DNA of 62,968 bases, filler included, from Octopus bimaculoides (taxonomy: Eukaryota): assembly GCF_001194135.2 (NCBI RefSeq). It is 6 parts of 6 records of this genome, joined end to end, with 100 filler letters (N's around TTAATTAATTAA, not from the genome) between each part and the next. Parts side by side here need not be neighbours in the genome. Positions count along the whole stretch, not along the records: positions 15,299 to 44,258 come from NC_068983.1; positions 44,359 to 60,771 come from NC_068986.1; 4 more parts are not named here. One strand, 5' to 3'. Positions 39,978 to 54,204 of the stretch are shown one piece after another. Position numbers and translations under genes: made by a program. A model generated the notes under the pieces. That model was not told the DNA's origin, did no database searches, and saw nothing but the letters and a program-made list of their open reading frames with translations. Each line of letters starts with the position of its first letter. Within the stretch, counting starts at the first letter, position 1.

Positions 39978-42975
39978 AAGGTTAGAGTCTGCACTTTTGG
40001 AAAATCTATTTCCTAAACATCGTAAGCCACTCACTGTATGTTGCTAGATATGAACTTCAATTTATTTTACCTTCATTTATTTAGCTTCACCTCGTCTAAT
40101 ATAGAATATAATGACTATTCACTTCGTTTACATAATTCCACCTTCTTCATCACCAAGAGATAATTTGTTTTTCGTTAAACCCATACCAAACAAAGATCCT
40201 TCACGGTCTACCTACAAGAATGAGTAGTCACATTCACTTCAAAGAAAATTATAAATGATCGTAGTGAACAATGTTCCCCGGAGAAGATACTGAATGTATA
40301 AGCAGAAAAAAGACGATTGTTTGATGTCTTTTGGCAGAGGTTTACTCAGTTAAGGTTGATCCAAGAGCAAATGAAAATAATATTCTATATATTCTGTTCA
40401 ATTCAGCAATACGTTTGATTAACTGTGTTGTTCCTCCGTAAAAACATTTCGAAAACGTTTACTGCAAGCTGGCCGCCATTATTTCTCATTATCTCAAATA
40501 TTATTTTCAGAACATGTGTCATACTAAGTCGTTTCTGTACAATTTGTTCACATATCTTGTTACATCGAGTTCCTTCTTTCTCCTAACTATTACCGCCGTA
40601 GTAGCTCTGGCAAAAGAGTTGCTAATATTCTGTTACGTACAAGATGCGGCAACTCCATTGCATTGTTAACGTGAAATGCAACGACTGCAGCATATATCTT
40701 AACATTATCTACAGCCATTGAAACACACAGCGTACACTAAAACCGCTAATTTTGCATTATCTAGAAAATATAGATGTTTCAAAATGCAAAGACGGAGTTC
40801 ATTAAGTCATCCCTCATACACTAGCAAGCTAACAAGTACATATCAAATGGTTTAAGAATCCTACACATGCATTTAATTCAAACCAAAGGAAAAACGTCCG
40901 CTGCAGAATTTTGAAACAGCTGCAAAAGTCAAAATATTTTCTTTAATTATTTGAACAGATTTAAAACGTTCCCGGATAAGTTGCACAATAACTGATAGAC
41001 CTAAATATCGTTTCACGACACTTTACTGAAACAAAAAAGGAACACATCTTAATGAAATATATGAATTGCACTACCAAATGACGATAGTCAAACAATTTTG
41101 TTGCATATATTTATTGACATATTCGAAACAAATCTTGAAACCAACTGGAAAAGTCTATAAGCTAACGCAGAAGTATCTACATGATTGGTCGATATGTCAA
41201 ACAGAGGAGCCCATCAATCAAACCTTTAACATATGGAACGTGGCACAACATATTCGTAGATATATTATTTTTGAAAGTAGTAAAAAAAATAGCATGATCA
41301 AACTTGAAAGCCATTGATCAAATGTTAGTTCAGTGACGTCTCAGGATAGTGAATCAATTACAATCAGAATGTTGAAATTTTACAGCCAAGTTTGTGACGT
41401 ATGTACCATAAGAAATAGAGAGGACAGCATACCTAACGCAACTATCTAGATGACCAACAATGCATATACCACTTCAACAAAATGATTTATTGTTTCTGAA
41501 ATAGGAAACTGTATATTTATTTATAAGAAAAATTAATTCCTATTTATGAAATTAGAATATTCACTAAAACTTTCGGCCAATACTAATTATTTTATTTTAT
41601 TTCCATTGTTCACATGCCAATGATATGTGTATGAAATATATTTTAAAACAAGTTAAGATGCACAGCTCTATTTGAAATAGATACTGTCAGCGAAAATTGA
41701 TATTTGGAAATAAGTAGTGTTAATAGAAAGAACGTTGATGTGCTGTTAGACGTACTAGCTCTTAATGTTATCACGTGCAAAGACTGAACTGTTTGTTAGA
41801 CATAAAGAATAAATTTGAACAGTTTTTTGCTGGCCTTTGGCATTACTCATCCTAATTTTACATAATTAAGCAATTTTTTTGTGGGTGGTATAATTCATTT
41901 TGTATTTAAAAAATATTGTCAGAAATTGCGATAATATTTTTGTAGTTAAAAAGGGAAGAATTTCTTTTGAGGATTACCCAATTAGTACACAAATAGGACG
42001 TATGAAGAAAATAATATTTAAAATGCATAAACATATAAAAATGCTTGATTTACAAGTGCTTCGTCTTCGTATCGAACTCATTCGCTCCCACATTGTGCAA
42101 TTGTCCTCTTCCATATATTCCTGTGGACAATTAATTATGTGTGAATTCTGATTACGTCTTAATTGAATAAACCTTATTTTCTTTACAGTTCACGATTTCT
42201 CAAATTTTATTTCCTGCACCGATATGGTTCAATAATTTTTCACGCTGGGAATCAATCAAATTAACAAAATCATACGTCTTGCATGAATACGTTTTTAAGC
42301 ATATATCTCTTGGAATGCAGTTCTATAAATAAATCAATTTTTTCAAACCTAAGGTTAAATAAAATATACATTATATGCAATGAAATGTAATTTCAAGTAT
42401 AACGCAACTAAAATAGATTTACGTGCAAGCATTATCTAATTAAAATATCTGAGTGCTTCCAAGTATGGAAGTTAAGATATATGTCGGAGTCTATATGAAT
42501 ATGCATCTTTACTCATCGGATTATCTTGTGAAAGGTGTATTTATTAAATATCAATAGTCACATGAATACTTACTAAATTCCATAGCTATTTGATTCGATT
42601 TCACTGCGGAAAAAATTTAGGGAGGTGTGTTCTAGCATGGCAATATTTGAGAATACTAGAAAAACACTGGCAGAAATGGTGAAAAACGTTTCATAGAAAA
42701 CATCACCGTTCTTGGTTGATAAACTTAATCCGTTGACAAGTAACACACTAGTACATTTTCAGTAGAACTAACACAGTTGCAAACAGTGGAAGCAGCTCTC
42801 CAAGTATAGATAATTTCCTCATTTCCTACTGTCTGTCTCCATGCTTTTCTGCCCTGACCAAAGTATTGCATGTCAAAAGATCTCAGATTCATTAGTAAGA
42901 AAACAATTATATTTTTTATTCATATTATAATCTACATTTTAAGAGATGATCAAAATCTTAATACATTGACATGTA

Positions 42976-43192
42976 TTCTTTTCTATTCTAGGTACAAGGC
43001 CCGAAATTTTGGGGGAGTGGGGTCAGTCGATTTGTTCGATCCCAGTTCGCAACTGGTACTTAATATATCGACCCCGGAAAGATGAAAGGCAAAATCGACA
43101 TCTGCGGAATTTGAACTCAGAACATAAAGACAATCAAAATACCGATAAGCATTTCGTCCGGGGTGCTAACAATTCTGCCAGCTCACCACCTT
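42976..43192 (-). mobile_element. SINE family A, full length
   Basis: Tail TTCTATTCTAGGTACAAGGCC, core and head all present. Confidence 0.85.
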
Positions 43193-43346
43193 ATATAGGC
43201 ATATATTCGTTTCGATCAATTTCACACCGTAGCACCATGAGTTTTATTCATGGATAGGGAGAAAATGCCGAGTTGATTTCGCTTGTTCACATGCCAATGA
43301 TATGTGCAGAGTTAATAAGAATGTCTCTGACATCATTTTAATGTCA

Positions 43347-43419
43347 GTGTTCCAGTCCAATCCGGTACCGTGTTCCAGTCCAATCTGGTACCGTGTTCCA
43401 GTCCAATCCGTTACCGTGT
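43347..43419. repeat. 23-bp tandem repeat, 3 copies
   Basis: Unit GTGTTCCAGTCCAATCCGGTACC with single substitutions in copies 2 and 3. Confidence 0.9.
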
Positions 43420-44225
43420 ACAGATCGAATGCGACATCTCATGACCAGCGAAATATAATCGACTGTACTATTATATTGGTGCTTTAGGTTAACGATATCA
43501 CTAGCTTTAAAATAAAGTTAACTTCGTCATACTTTGTAATCAGGAAATCAAGACTCGAAATATATACAGCATAGCTCAAATAACTCCCACAATCCATTAC
43601 GCATGTACATGTAAATAATTGTTTCAAATGTAGGCATAAGATCGTCAATTTTAAGGGTAAGGTCTTCACGGTATTATCGGCTCAATAACGTCAGTAGTAG
43701 TATTTTATGTAATAGATAATAGATTCGAATTGTGGGATATGGGAAGAAGTAATTCATAATTTAGCAGATTTATTATATTAAATTTACAAAAAAAAAATTT
43801 AAATCAATATATGGGGAAAATATAGAAATTAAACTTAAAACTTAATAATAGGATACGTTAATATATAGGAGAAGGCTCATAAGGCCATTCCTAAGCATTT
43901 TGTTAAAGTGGTCATGATAAAGCCACCCATTCCACAATGAGTATATAATTGAATTAAATTATCATCTGAGTAGGAGCACGTAGTATATGTTAAAGCAAAA
44001 CAAGGGTTATTATCTTCATTACAGGTGGATTCTGGCACAATTATATAATATAAGGAAACAATGTAATTATTTTGGTTACTAGTATTGATATAGCTTTGTT
44101 AAAAATGGTTTAAACTTTATATTGGATATCTTTATGGTCATGTACGTCCGAGGAGAGCGATTTCATTCAAATTGATGTAATGTTTTCATTGATCAATTAA
44201 ATAGTACCGCTAGAGTTACAAATCA

Positions 44226-44258
<33 letters not shown>

Positions 44259-46633
44259 NNNNNNNNNNNNNNNNNNNNNNNNNNNNNNNNNNNNNNNNNN
44301 NNTTAATTAATTAANNNNNNNNNNNNNNNNNNNNNNNNNNNNNNNNNNNNNNNNNNNNTCATACCGATGGGCTTGGTAAAAATTGTTAATTGTTAATTGG
44401 TTTATTAATTAATAAATTGATAATCCTTTACCCTTTTAATTTGTAATATATATATATATATATATAAAACTGTATGCATCCAGCTAGATCTCTGTCTTTT
44501 TCATATATATATTAAATTCAAATTACGATGAACGTAGACAAACAAACGAAGTTTGCTGTAGAAGCATTGAGATGTCTTAGAAAGTTAAAGAAGTGATTTT
44601 AAATTCTCAAACGCAGGATAATGCTAATAATATAGCCTGAACAGGACAAGCTACCCCTATTTTGCAGAAAAAAAGAGTTGGCAGCCGACTATGCATCACA
44701 AAGGAAAATTCACAGAAATTTGGTGCTGTAAAATATAATTATGCAATAAAGTACTTATATAGTCGAGTGATTTCCTGTTTCACCGATGAATAGCATAAGC
44801 AAAACTGTAAACCTGTTGACAATGTAAATTTCTAATTTCATAAATATATATTTTCAATGCCAAATTTCTGTGTATTTTCAGTTTTCTTGTATATTTGTTT
44901 CACTACAACTCATCATGTATGTATGTATGTATGTATGTATGTATGTATGTATGTATAGATGAAATAACAGGTGCGTCCATATATCGTTTAGTTTGTTTTA
45001 ATTGATATTGCTTAGTATGATTTCGTGATATATCTTTGTAAAATTAACTGAGAATAATTCAAATAAATCATATGCTTAAATCATAACATGAAACAGTTAG
45101 AAATTATCATCCAGATTTTCAACTGGTTTACTTTCAAACTAATGTTCTGGTTGTATTTATGTTCTGAACCTACTACGAAACTGAAACAACCGGCTTCATT
45201 TACAAACAGATTGTATCACATCATTTGACCACTGCCTCATCAATCAAAGCCTGATATTTGTTTTAGCTCAGTTGTTCAGAAGTTTCAAGCCTGTTCTCTG
45301 TAGGCGCTGTACGTTCTGTCACGATGCTATTTTTTTTTTTCTGTTTTTGCCCATTAATTCTTGTTTGAAATCCCAGTTAGGACAGCTAAAACAATCATCC
45401 TTCCCGGGTCGATAAAATAAAGTACCAATGAAATACTAGGTTTGAAATAATCGACTTATACCATACCTACATCAAACTTTCTGCCTCTGTGCCGAAATCT
45501 GTGATTACTATCATCAATTTTCATGCTCCTTCCCATTAAAAGTAATTCTGTATATAACTCATTAGCATTGATTGCTTTTATCATTAAGACAACCCTTGCA
45601 TTCATGCCCACCACACATTTATTTTACAACGATTTTCTTCTTCAATACTGTCTTCTGTAGTGTAATCCCCGCCGCCAGACCGGTCACTATTCCACTGCCT
45701 TTCTATTTGCTTCTAAGTTATTCTTTCTTCCTTTCTATTTATATATTCCCCATCTCTTCGGCAACTATCTAAGATTGTTAGACTGCACTCCTTCTGCATT
45801 TCATTCTACTAATGATGGATAGATTCTTTCGTGTTTGCAAATGCGACCGAGATATTCTCCTCACGTTTAGAGACCTGATCAATCAAATTCACCGCCTCAT
45901 TTAATCAAACCCACTCGTACACACACACACAAGCGCACACATATGCGCACAAACACATACACACACGTATACACGTGAAAAATTGTGCATGCGCGTATAC
46001 ACATAGACACGGGGGACCACATTCTCAAGTACATGTCCTCAAACATACACATTCACAGGCACAGAATGAAACAACCAGCTTCTAGTAACATCCCCTAAAA
46101 CCACCTCCTACTATCAAATAGGCCAATATGTAACTGTCACACCAACGTATAATTGCAATGTCTACCGCATACGCACACATATACACTAACACACTTGTGT
46201 AAACATGGTTGTACATATACACAGCCACACATATAGATGTATGTATGTCTGTATACTCATATATGCTTCGCATACATGAATATATTTATATATAAACGTA
46301 GTAAACACAGGGCTGAGATGTATAGGTTACATGGAGCACGAAATACGAAATTATAAAATGAAGAAAAAAATTCATTTGAAATCAAGCGCCGGCATTTGCC
46401 CCTGCTGAAGTTGGGGGTTAAGTTCCCATCCATTTCGGCATGCCTCTGTGTAACCTATACTTAGCTGTTGTGGCTTTCATCCACTTTGTACACAAAGGTA
46501 TGAATATATCAAGGCATACAAATGGACACGCACACACACACACACACATACATGTATGTATGTATATATGTATGTATGTATGTATGTCTATATATATATA
46601 TACGCATACATACATATGTATATATATATATAT

Positions 46634-46788
46634 GCACAGGTGTGGCTATATGGTAAGAAGCTTGCTTCCCCAGAGCAAGGTTCTGGGTTCATACCCCCTG
46701 CCTGGAACCTTGAGCAGGTGTCTTCCATTGTGGTCTTGGGTTGACCAAAGCCTTCCGAGTAGACGGAAACTGAAAGAAGCCTGTCGTA
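46634..46788 (+). mobile_element. SINE family B, 5' half running into a gap
   Basis: GCACAGGTGTGGCTATATGGTAAGAAGCTTGC head, GGTTCATACCC B-box-like, GTAGACGGAAACTGAAAGAAGCCTGTCG. Confidence 0.8.
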
Positions 46789-47270
46789 NNNNNNNNNNNN
46801 NNNNNNNNNNNNNNNNNNNNNNNNNNNNNNNNNNNNNNNNNNNNNNNNNNNNNNNNNNNNNNNNNNNNNNNNNNNNNNNNNNNNNNNNNNNNNNNNNNNN
46901 NNNNNNNNNNNNNNNNNNNNNNNNNNNNNNNNNNNNNNNNNNNNNNNNNNNNNNNNNNNNNNNNNNNNNNNNNNNNNNNNNNNNNNNNNNNNNNNNNNNN
47001 NNNNNNNNNNNNNNNNNNNNNNNNNNNNNNNNNNNNNNNNNNNNNNNNNNNNNNNNNNNNNNNNNNNNNNNNNNNNNNNNNNNNNNNNNNNNNNNNNNNN
47101 NNNNNNNNNNNNNNNNNNNNNNNNNNNNNNNNNNNNNNNNNNNNNNNNNNNNNNNNNNNNNNNNNNNNNNNNNNNNNNNNNNNNNNNNNNNNNNNNNNNN
47201 NNNNNNNNNNNNNNNNNNNNNNNNNNNNTGTGTGTGTGTGTGTGTACTCTGTGTGTTTATTTCCCTTTGT

Positions 47271-47396
47271 CCCTTTCTGTTGAAAAGCTTAGGCTCGAAA
47301 CGTAAAAGACTTCCATTTTCCCGAGCGTCAAACTAATACACCGGTTTGTTGTTTATAGACCTGTCTTCGTCTGTTGTTTTTTCTGTAAATTTCAAC
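47271..47396 (+). mobile_element. Short repeat with a degenerate hammerhead-like core (copy 2)
   Basis: TTGAAAAGCTTAGGCTCGAAACGTAAAAGAC; homologous to 7411-7538. Confidence 0.55.
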
Positions 47397-47822
47397 TACA
47401 TATATAACCGAGAAAGAGATAGAAATAGTGAGAGAGTTAATCCTACTCTAAGTATTTTACACTTCAAGGTGGCAAAAGACTCTGTTTCCATAATAAGCAA
47501 AGATGCTGCGCATACGAACGAGGAGGAGAAGGAGATACGAGAAAGATAATCTACTATGATACGACTCTTGTGTTTTTCTCCGTCACAACATATGAACGAG
47601 AAAAAAGGGGCGATGGATGAATAAGAAAGGAAGGGGTAGTGGTAAACCGGTGGGACGGTGAATATTCAATTCTGAAAAGAAAAATCAAACAGTGTTTCGA
47701 CTCTGTGTGAGTATGTGTGTATGTGTGTGCGTATACAAAGGAAGTATGTTAAAGTAAGTGAACATTGACAAGTGTATTAATTTGCTTTACCATCCATATT
47801 TATACATAAAATACTAAAATTA

Positions 47823-47853
47823 GCCGTCATTTTTGACGGCACGGAGTTACTAG
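47823..47853 (+). mobile_element. Helitron-like 3' terminus
   Basis: Perfect hairpin GCCGTCA-TTTT-TGACGGC, 9-nt spacer, CTAG followed by T. Confidence 0.55.
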
Positions 47854-48017
47854 TTTATGTAACATCTAAATGGCATAGTTTATGTAACATCTAATGTAAC
47901 ATCTAAATGGCACACAGGTGACATTTAGATGTTACTTATTATACACAGGTGAAGATTAAATAAGCATCTTTATTTTCTTTAGTCATTAAACTGAGGAAAA
48001 TCCTGGGACATATATAA

Positions 48018-48158
48018 CGAGCTTCTTTCAGTTTCCGTCTACGAGGACGACGGCCCGAGGCAATAGCAGAAGCACTCTTCCAAGGTGCAAGGTGTCAAAC
48101 AGTGGGACGGAACTCGGAACCACGTGGTTGGGATGCAAACTTCTTACCACAGAGCTAC
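48018..48158 (-). mobile_element. SINE family B, 5' half, degenerate
   Basis: GCTTCTTTCAGTTTCCGTCTAC...CCCGAGGCAATAG...GGAACCACGTGGTTGG. Confidence 0.7.
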
Positions 48159-49483
48159 GGAAATTAATTCTCTGAAAATGTTAGACATATCATTTTGAAC
48201 GTACTCTGTTTGTCGCAACATATTCCTGTATTTTGTAGTTTTTATACATTTATATTTGCAATCCCAGCAAGGATGAGTGCGATTGCTGTCCATGTACGCA
48301 GGTAAACTCAATCCATTATATCACTCCCAATCGTGCAAGTTTAAGAATGTCTTCTTTCGATCTTAATCTGATCTAGCGCTGCAAAATATATGCTTGTAAA
48401 ACTTGGCCTTTTGCCTGGTCAAAATTAAATCGATGCCTCAAGAATGTGACATATAGCTTTTATTTCAGATAAAACTTTTCTGAGCGAACGGAAAACAAAA
48501 TGCACAATAACAACAGAAACAACTACAAGATGAAGAATAACATCAGTATCGAGATAAATATCACCATACTGTTCAAACAATAAATGTGTCTATCAGATGA
48601 CCTACAAGAGAAGAGAACGTTATAGTGTTTGAAGGTTATGGAGTGAAACCACGACCAAATCAGTTTGATAAATGTAACCGGATGAACCCCGCAGAAGATT
48701 TAATTATCTGCATAATATCTTGCACTACTGTCAGAAATTTCACAATGTTCGCATGCAATCTTCCTAATTATTTTTGTTTTCTTTACCTCTTTGTACTTTC
48801 TGCATATATATGCATTTGTGCATGTATATATGTGTATGAATGTACGTGCAGATATGCAAGTCGATAAAATAGATTAGCGTACAACCAGCTGAGTCGTTAG
48901 AGGTTCTTCAACTCCGTCACTAATTATTTTGTCGAAACCATAATTCATTCAAAAATTTGGCATAAATACTTCCTGTCCACATACTATTTCCTATGTCCAA
49001 TAACCTAATGCTTCGTTGTTAAGACCAAAGATTCGGAAATATCTCAATGTATATAATTATATGACAGGTATCGCAGAGTATGAATAACTTATCTTATTGT
49101 GCTCGCATTATCTTACTTAAACTTAGATTGTTAAGTTCACGCTATTCAAGTCAATCTTAAGTTGGTATTGACAATGGCAAGCGATGGTTAAACACTATAA
49201 TATGTTTAGTTTTACCATTTGTGCTCCATGACCAAATGCAGTATGTATGTTATGGCCACATTATATTGACGGGATTTTCCGCGTGCTGCTGTACATATGT
49301 CTATGAGTCTGGACATTATTATGCATGTGTGTGTGTGTTTCTACGTGTATGTCTGTAAAGTGTATGTGTGTAAGTTTGGTTATGTTTGTGTATAATGGTG
49401 TGTTTAACTGCTAATAAGTATATACATTATTTCTATCTTGTAGTGTGCTGCTGCTACTCTGTGTGTGTGCGTGTGTGTCGCGC

Positions 49484-49517
<34 letters not shown>

Positions 49518-49869
49518 GCATACGGTTATTTTTTGTATGTATTTGTGATAGAAACATAGAAGTGTTGTGTTATTCGTATACCCAATACTATTGGTCAGTG
49601 GTTCTCAAATAGAGATCGTATTAAAACTTTGTTGCAACCAGCATTAACAGGCTTCAGGTGCAAGGAAGAAAAGGGGCTGCAAATATACCACCTAAACTGA
49701 CCTATGATCCTCAAACTTACAACGCTCGTGGCCATCTTTGCAAATCGTTGGCGGGTTTTAAATATCACATTCGATATAAGCATTATGACTGACAAAGTAA
49801 GAGTTGCTGGAATCTAATACGTCGAAACCGACAGGAGAGTCCATAGTTATATATATATACAAATATATA

Positions 49870-50204
49870 TACTCTTTTTTTTACTCTTTTACTTGTTTCA
49901 GTCTTTTGACTGCGGCCATGCTGGAGCACCGCCTTTAGTCTAGAAAATCGACCCCAGGACGTATTCTTTGGAAGCCTAGTACTTATTCTATCGGTCACTT
50001 TTGACGAACCGCTAAGTTACGGGGACATAAACACACCAGCATCGGTTGTCAAGCGATGTCGGGGGGACAAACACAGACATACAAACACATACACACATAC
50101 ATATATATATATACATATATACGACAGGCTTATTTCAGTTTCCGTCTACCAAATCCACTCACAATGCTTTGGTCGGCCCGAGGCTATAGTAGAAGACACT
50201 TGCC
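49870..50204 (-). mobile_element. SINE family B with internal microsatellite; head lost in gap
   Basis: TACTCTTTTACTTGTTTCAGTC...GCGGCCATGCTGGAGCACCGCC tail, internal (CA/TA)n, GGTCGGCCCGAGGCTATAGTAGAAGACACTTGCC. Confidence 0.9.
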
Positions 50205-50568
50205 NNNNNNNNNNNNNNNNNNNNNNNNNNNNNNNNNNNNNNNNNNNNNNNNNNNNNNNNNNNNNNNNNNNNNNNNNNNNNNNNNNNNNNNNNNNNNNNN
50301 NNNNNNNNNNNNNNNNNNNNNNNNNNNNNNNNNNNNNNNNNNNNNNNNNNNNNNNNNNNNNNNNNNNNNNNNNNNNNNNNNNNNNNNNNNNNNNNNNNNN
50401 NNNNNNNNNNNNNNNNNNNNNNNNNNNNNNNNNNNNNNNNNNNNNNNNNNNNNNNNNNNNNNNNNNNNNNNNNNNNNNNNNNNNNNNNNNNNNNNNNNNN
50501 NNNNNNNNNNNNNNNNNNNNNNNNNNNNNNNNNNNNNNNNNNNNNNNNNNNNNNNNNNNNNNNNNNNN

Positions 50569-50599
<31 letters not shown>

Positions 50600-50743
50600 G
50601 AACAAATCAACTCTCAGGACTTAATCTTTGTAAGCCTATTACTTATTCTGTCGGCCTTTCTTGCCGAAACGCGAAGTTATGGGAACGTAAACACACCAGC
50701 ATCGATGGTACGGGGACCAACACAGACACGCCAGCTTATATAC

Positions 50744-50779
<36 letters not shown>

Positions 50780-50920
50780 GACGGGCTTCTTTCAGTTTTC
50801 GTGTAACAAATCCACTCAAGGCTTTGGTCGGCCCGAGGCAATAGTACAACGCAGTGGGACTGAACCCAGAACCATGTGGTTGGTAAGCAAGCTACTTACC
50901 ATGCAGCCACTCCTACGCTT
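50600..50920 (-). mobile_element. SINE family B, second tandem copy
   Basis: Same blocks as 49870-50204 plus the head GCAAGCTACTTACCATGCAGCCACTCCT. Confidence 0.85.
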
Positions 50921-52310
50921 ATATATGTATATCTAAATATATGTATATATATATATACATATATATATATGCATATGTATGCATGTGTCTGTGTATATAT
51001 ATATATATATTCACTCAAAAACTTGTACACATTCTACATGTACCACATTGACTTAGAAGACATTGGTTGATCCAGTAAAAGACACTTGCCCAAGGTATCA
51101 TGTAGTGGGTTAACATCCGAAACTACGTGCTCACAATGCGGGCTTCTCAACCTGACATCCATGCCATCGTCTTTATAAGATAATATTGATGCAGATATTG
51201 CAGAGATTGCCAGATTCTTCTCAATGATAAATTATTTCTCAGAATTCAATCATACGTAAGTCCTATATTTTTAAAAACAAACTTGGCTACAACCGCACCA
51301 AACCTAACGAGACCTCTTTAATTTGAAATTGATGTAATTCTTTTGTTATAAACGAACGTTCTCTTCAAATGTAATAACATGTGTAGAAACATTTAATTCC
51401 TTATCTCTCTATTGAGCTATTAAATTTTAACCGTGCATTCATGACACAAAGTTATACATCAACACAAACCGATGATATATTGTCGAGATTGGCTGAAATA
51501 TAAATTATATGACTTGCGAGAAATATATCAATTTTACGGCGTCTAAACACTTGAAATTTAATAAATTTTGCGATCGGACTGAGCCACTAAGTTCCATTGC
51601 TATAACCAAGTAAATGTGTTCTAGGAGATTGTCTGCTGTTCATTTTATTGATCTGAGGAAACGCGATTGGTTAGTCGAGAATAGAGACAACATAAATATG
51701 AACTAAACTGCGCAATGAATTTTTTCTTCGTTTCAACAATCTTGTTAACATCACGTGAATGCACACAGTCGCTCACACACACGCACACAGTCGCTCACAC
51801 ACACGCACACACACATACGTATACATGTCTATATATATTCACGCATACGTAAATGCATAGTATGTACACACGCACTTGAGTGAGACACACAGATTTATCG
51901 CTATAGATTTGAACAGATATATTGTTGTGTGCGTGTGGGTATATGTCTACATATGTATGTANNNNNNNNNNNNNNNNNNNNNNNNNNNNNNNNNNNNNNN
52001 NNNNNNNNNNNNNNNNNNNNNNNNNNNNNNNNNNNNNNNNNNNNNNNNNNNNNNNNNNNNNNNNNNNNNNNNNNNNNNNNNNNNNNNNNNNNNNNNNNNN
52101 NNNNNNNNNNNNNNNNNNNNNNNNNNNNNNNNNNNNNNNNNNNNNNNNNNNNNNNNNNNNNNNNNNNNNNNNNNNNNNNNNNNNNNNNNNNNNNNNNNNN
52201 NNNNNNNNNNNNNNNNNNNNNNNNNNNNNNNNNNNNNNNNNNNNNNNNNNNNNNNNNNNNNATATATATATATATATATATACGCATACACATTTATATA
52301 TGTATGTATC

Positions 52311-52530
52311 TATTTCTTTATTGCCCATAAGGGGCTAAACAGAGAGGGGACAACCAAGGACAGACAAAGGAATTAAGTAGATTCCATCGACACCAGTGCA
52401 TAACTGGTGCTTATTTAATCGACCCCGAAAGGATGAAAGGCAAAGTGGAACTCGGCGGAATTTGAACTCAGAACGAAATAACGCTAAGCATCTCACCCGG
52501 CGTGCTAACGATTCTGCCAGCTCGCTGCCT
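52311..52530 (-). mobile_element. SINE family A, full length
   Basis: TATTTCTTTATTGCCC tail through GATTCTGCCAGCTCGCTGCC head; TATATGTATGTAT on both flanks. Confidence 0.9.
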
Positions 52531-54204
52531 ATATGTATGTATGTATGTGTGTATGCATGAATGAATGCATGGATGTGTGAATACCTAAACGCATATCTAT
52601 GTCTCAAAAATGAAACAGAACGTTTAAATCCGCACCAACCATCTTTTGCGAAGGGTTAGGAAATATAAATTTGCGTTTAGCTGATCTTAAATATCAATAT
52701 GATACTATCAACAGTGAGCCACGTCTGTCAGCCATCGCTTTCATATATTGCGGCAGACATTTATTCAGTGATTTTGGTAAACTGTCACACATTAGAAATG
52801 ACGGACGTTGAAGTGTAGCGTATTAATATGAAAGTCTTTTTTCCAATTATGGATAAGATAAAACGTTTCGGGAATCATTTGCAACATCAATACTTACGTA
52901 TAGGAAGAATTTACCACAGTTTCAAATCAAGAAGAACATCATTGGAAGTAGGACCATGAGTAGGACAATCTGCTACGACAAAATAGCAGGGCCATATTCC
53001 GGAAGATCGTTCTGAATTCTATAAAACCATTGATTCATTTTTACGTATGTGCGTTACATCATAAGGTAAGATAAATATTTTAGAGGTCTAATGGTATGTG
53101 GTAAATTAACGTGTGGGCTTGTATAATGAACGTTGTTAGTAGGAAAAATAGTTTTAATTTAGAAAGAGACTAAGCAAATATTGCAAAGGAACAATAAATT
53201 TAGCGTTCAAACTGTTAGAATCTTCTTGAACTATTGCGGATTTCACCCCAAATATAATCCTTTATGGGTGTCCTACGTGAGAGGAAAAATCACTCCAGAT
53301 GCATTTTGATGTTGTCTATGACGTGTACTTGTATCCAGCCTCATGCTGAGGTTAGATGTGTCGCCTCCGATATGGGAAATCATGAATAATATACTTACTG
53401 CCCTTGAAATAAACGTCAATGGGAAGAAAATCCAGTGTACACAATTTAAACGGTTGTAAATTAAAACAGCGAATTGTATTGTCAATAGAAGACACCTAAT
53501 TAATATTAGCACTACTTCAATAAACGCTCTGAAAATCCTATGATTTATGATTTTAACACGATTTTATGGAAACACGTATCACGTACAATTTCTTATTACT
53601 ACAAGGGAACAAGTTAAGTATTAAGCGAACCGGTTTCAATATGAATATATCATACATAGCGAATACACCACGCAGGAAAACTAATAAGAAAGGAAATCGA
53701 CCTGGCAGTAATCATTCTTGTAACTAAAAAATTGCTAAGCCACTAACGGAAATTTTCTTCTTATTTTCTAATATGCAGTTTCCCTCCTCATCACAGGTAC
53801 AATAACATTTTCAATACCGAAAGTATAAAAGAAAAACGGTATGATAGATTCGATTTGAACACAGGACTTTAAGTGCCAGAAGAAATACCACCACAAAATG
53901 ATTACCTCCGACAATCTGACCTCTTTCCAACGCTTTCTAACAACGGTTCAAACCTTCTATCTCTCAATATATGCACATATCTGTCTATATGAAGATGAAT
54001 ATATATGTATGGATATACATTGTAAATAATATTAATGCAATTCGATATTGAGAACTACATCTTATTCGACAGAATCAAACCCAGTATTTATTTTAAAGCC
54101 TTGTACATATTCTTCTTGCTTATTCTTCCACCGAAAATCTTTATGTCCGAGTGACATGAAAAATCACACACCGGGTGTCAAGTGTTCACTGAGGACAAAG
54201 ACAA

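Noticed and set aside
49596-49610. CAGTGGTTCTCAA matching the hAT MITE TIR
   Set aside because: No partner TIR or TSD found.
53290-53350. MHFDVVYDVY motif reminiscent of uncharacterised transposon proteins
   Set aside because: Too short, and stops immediately.
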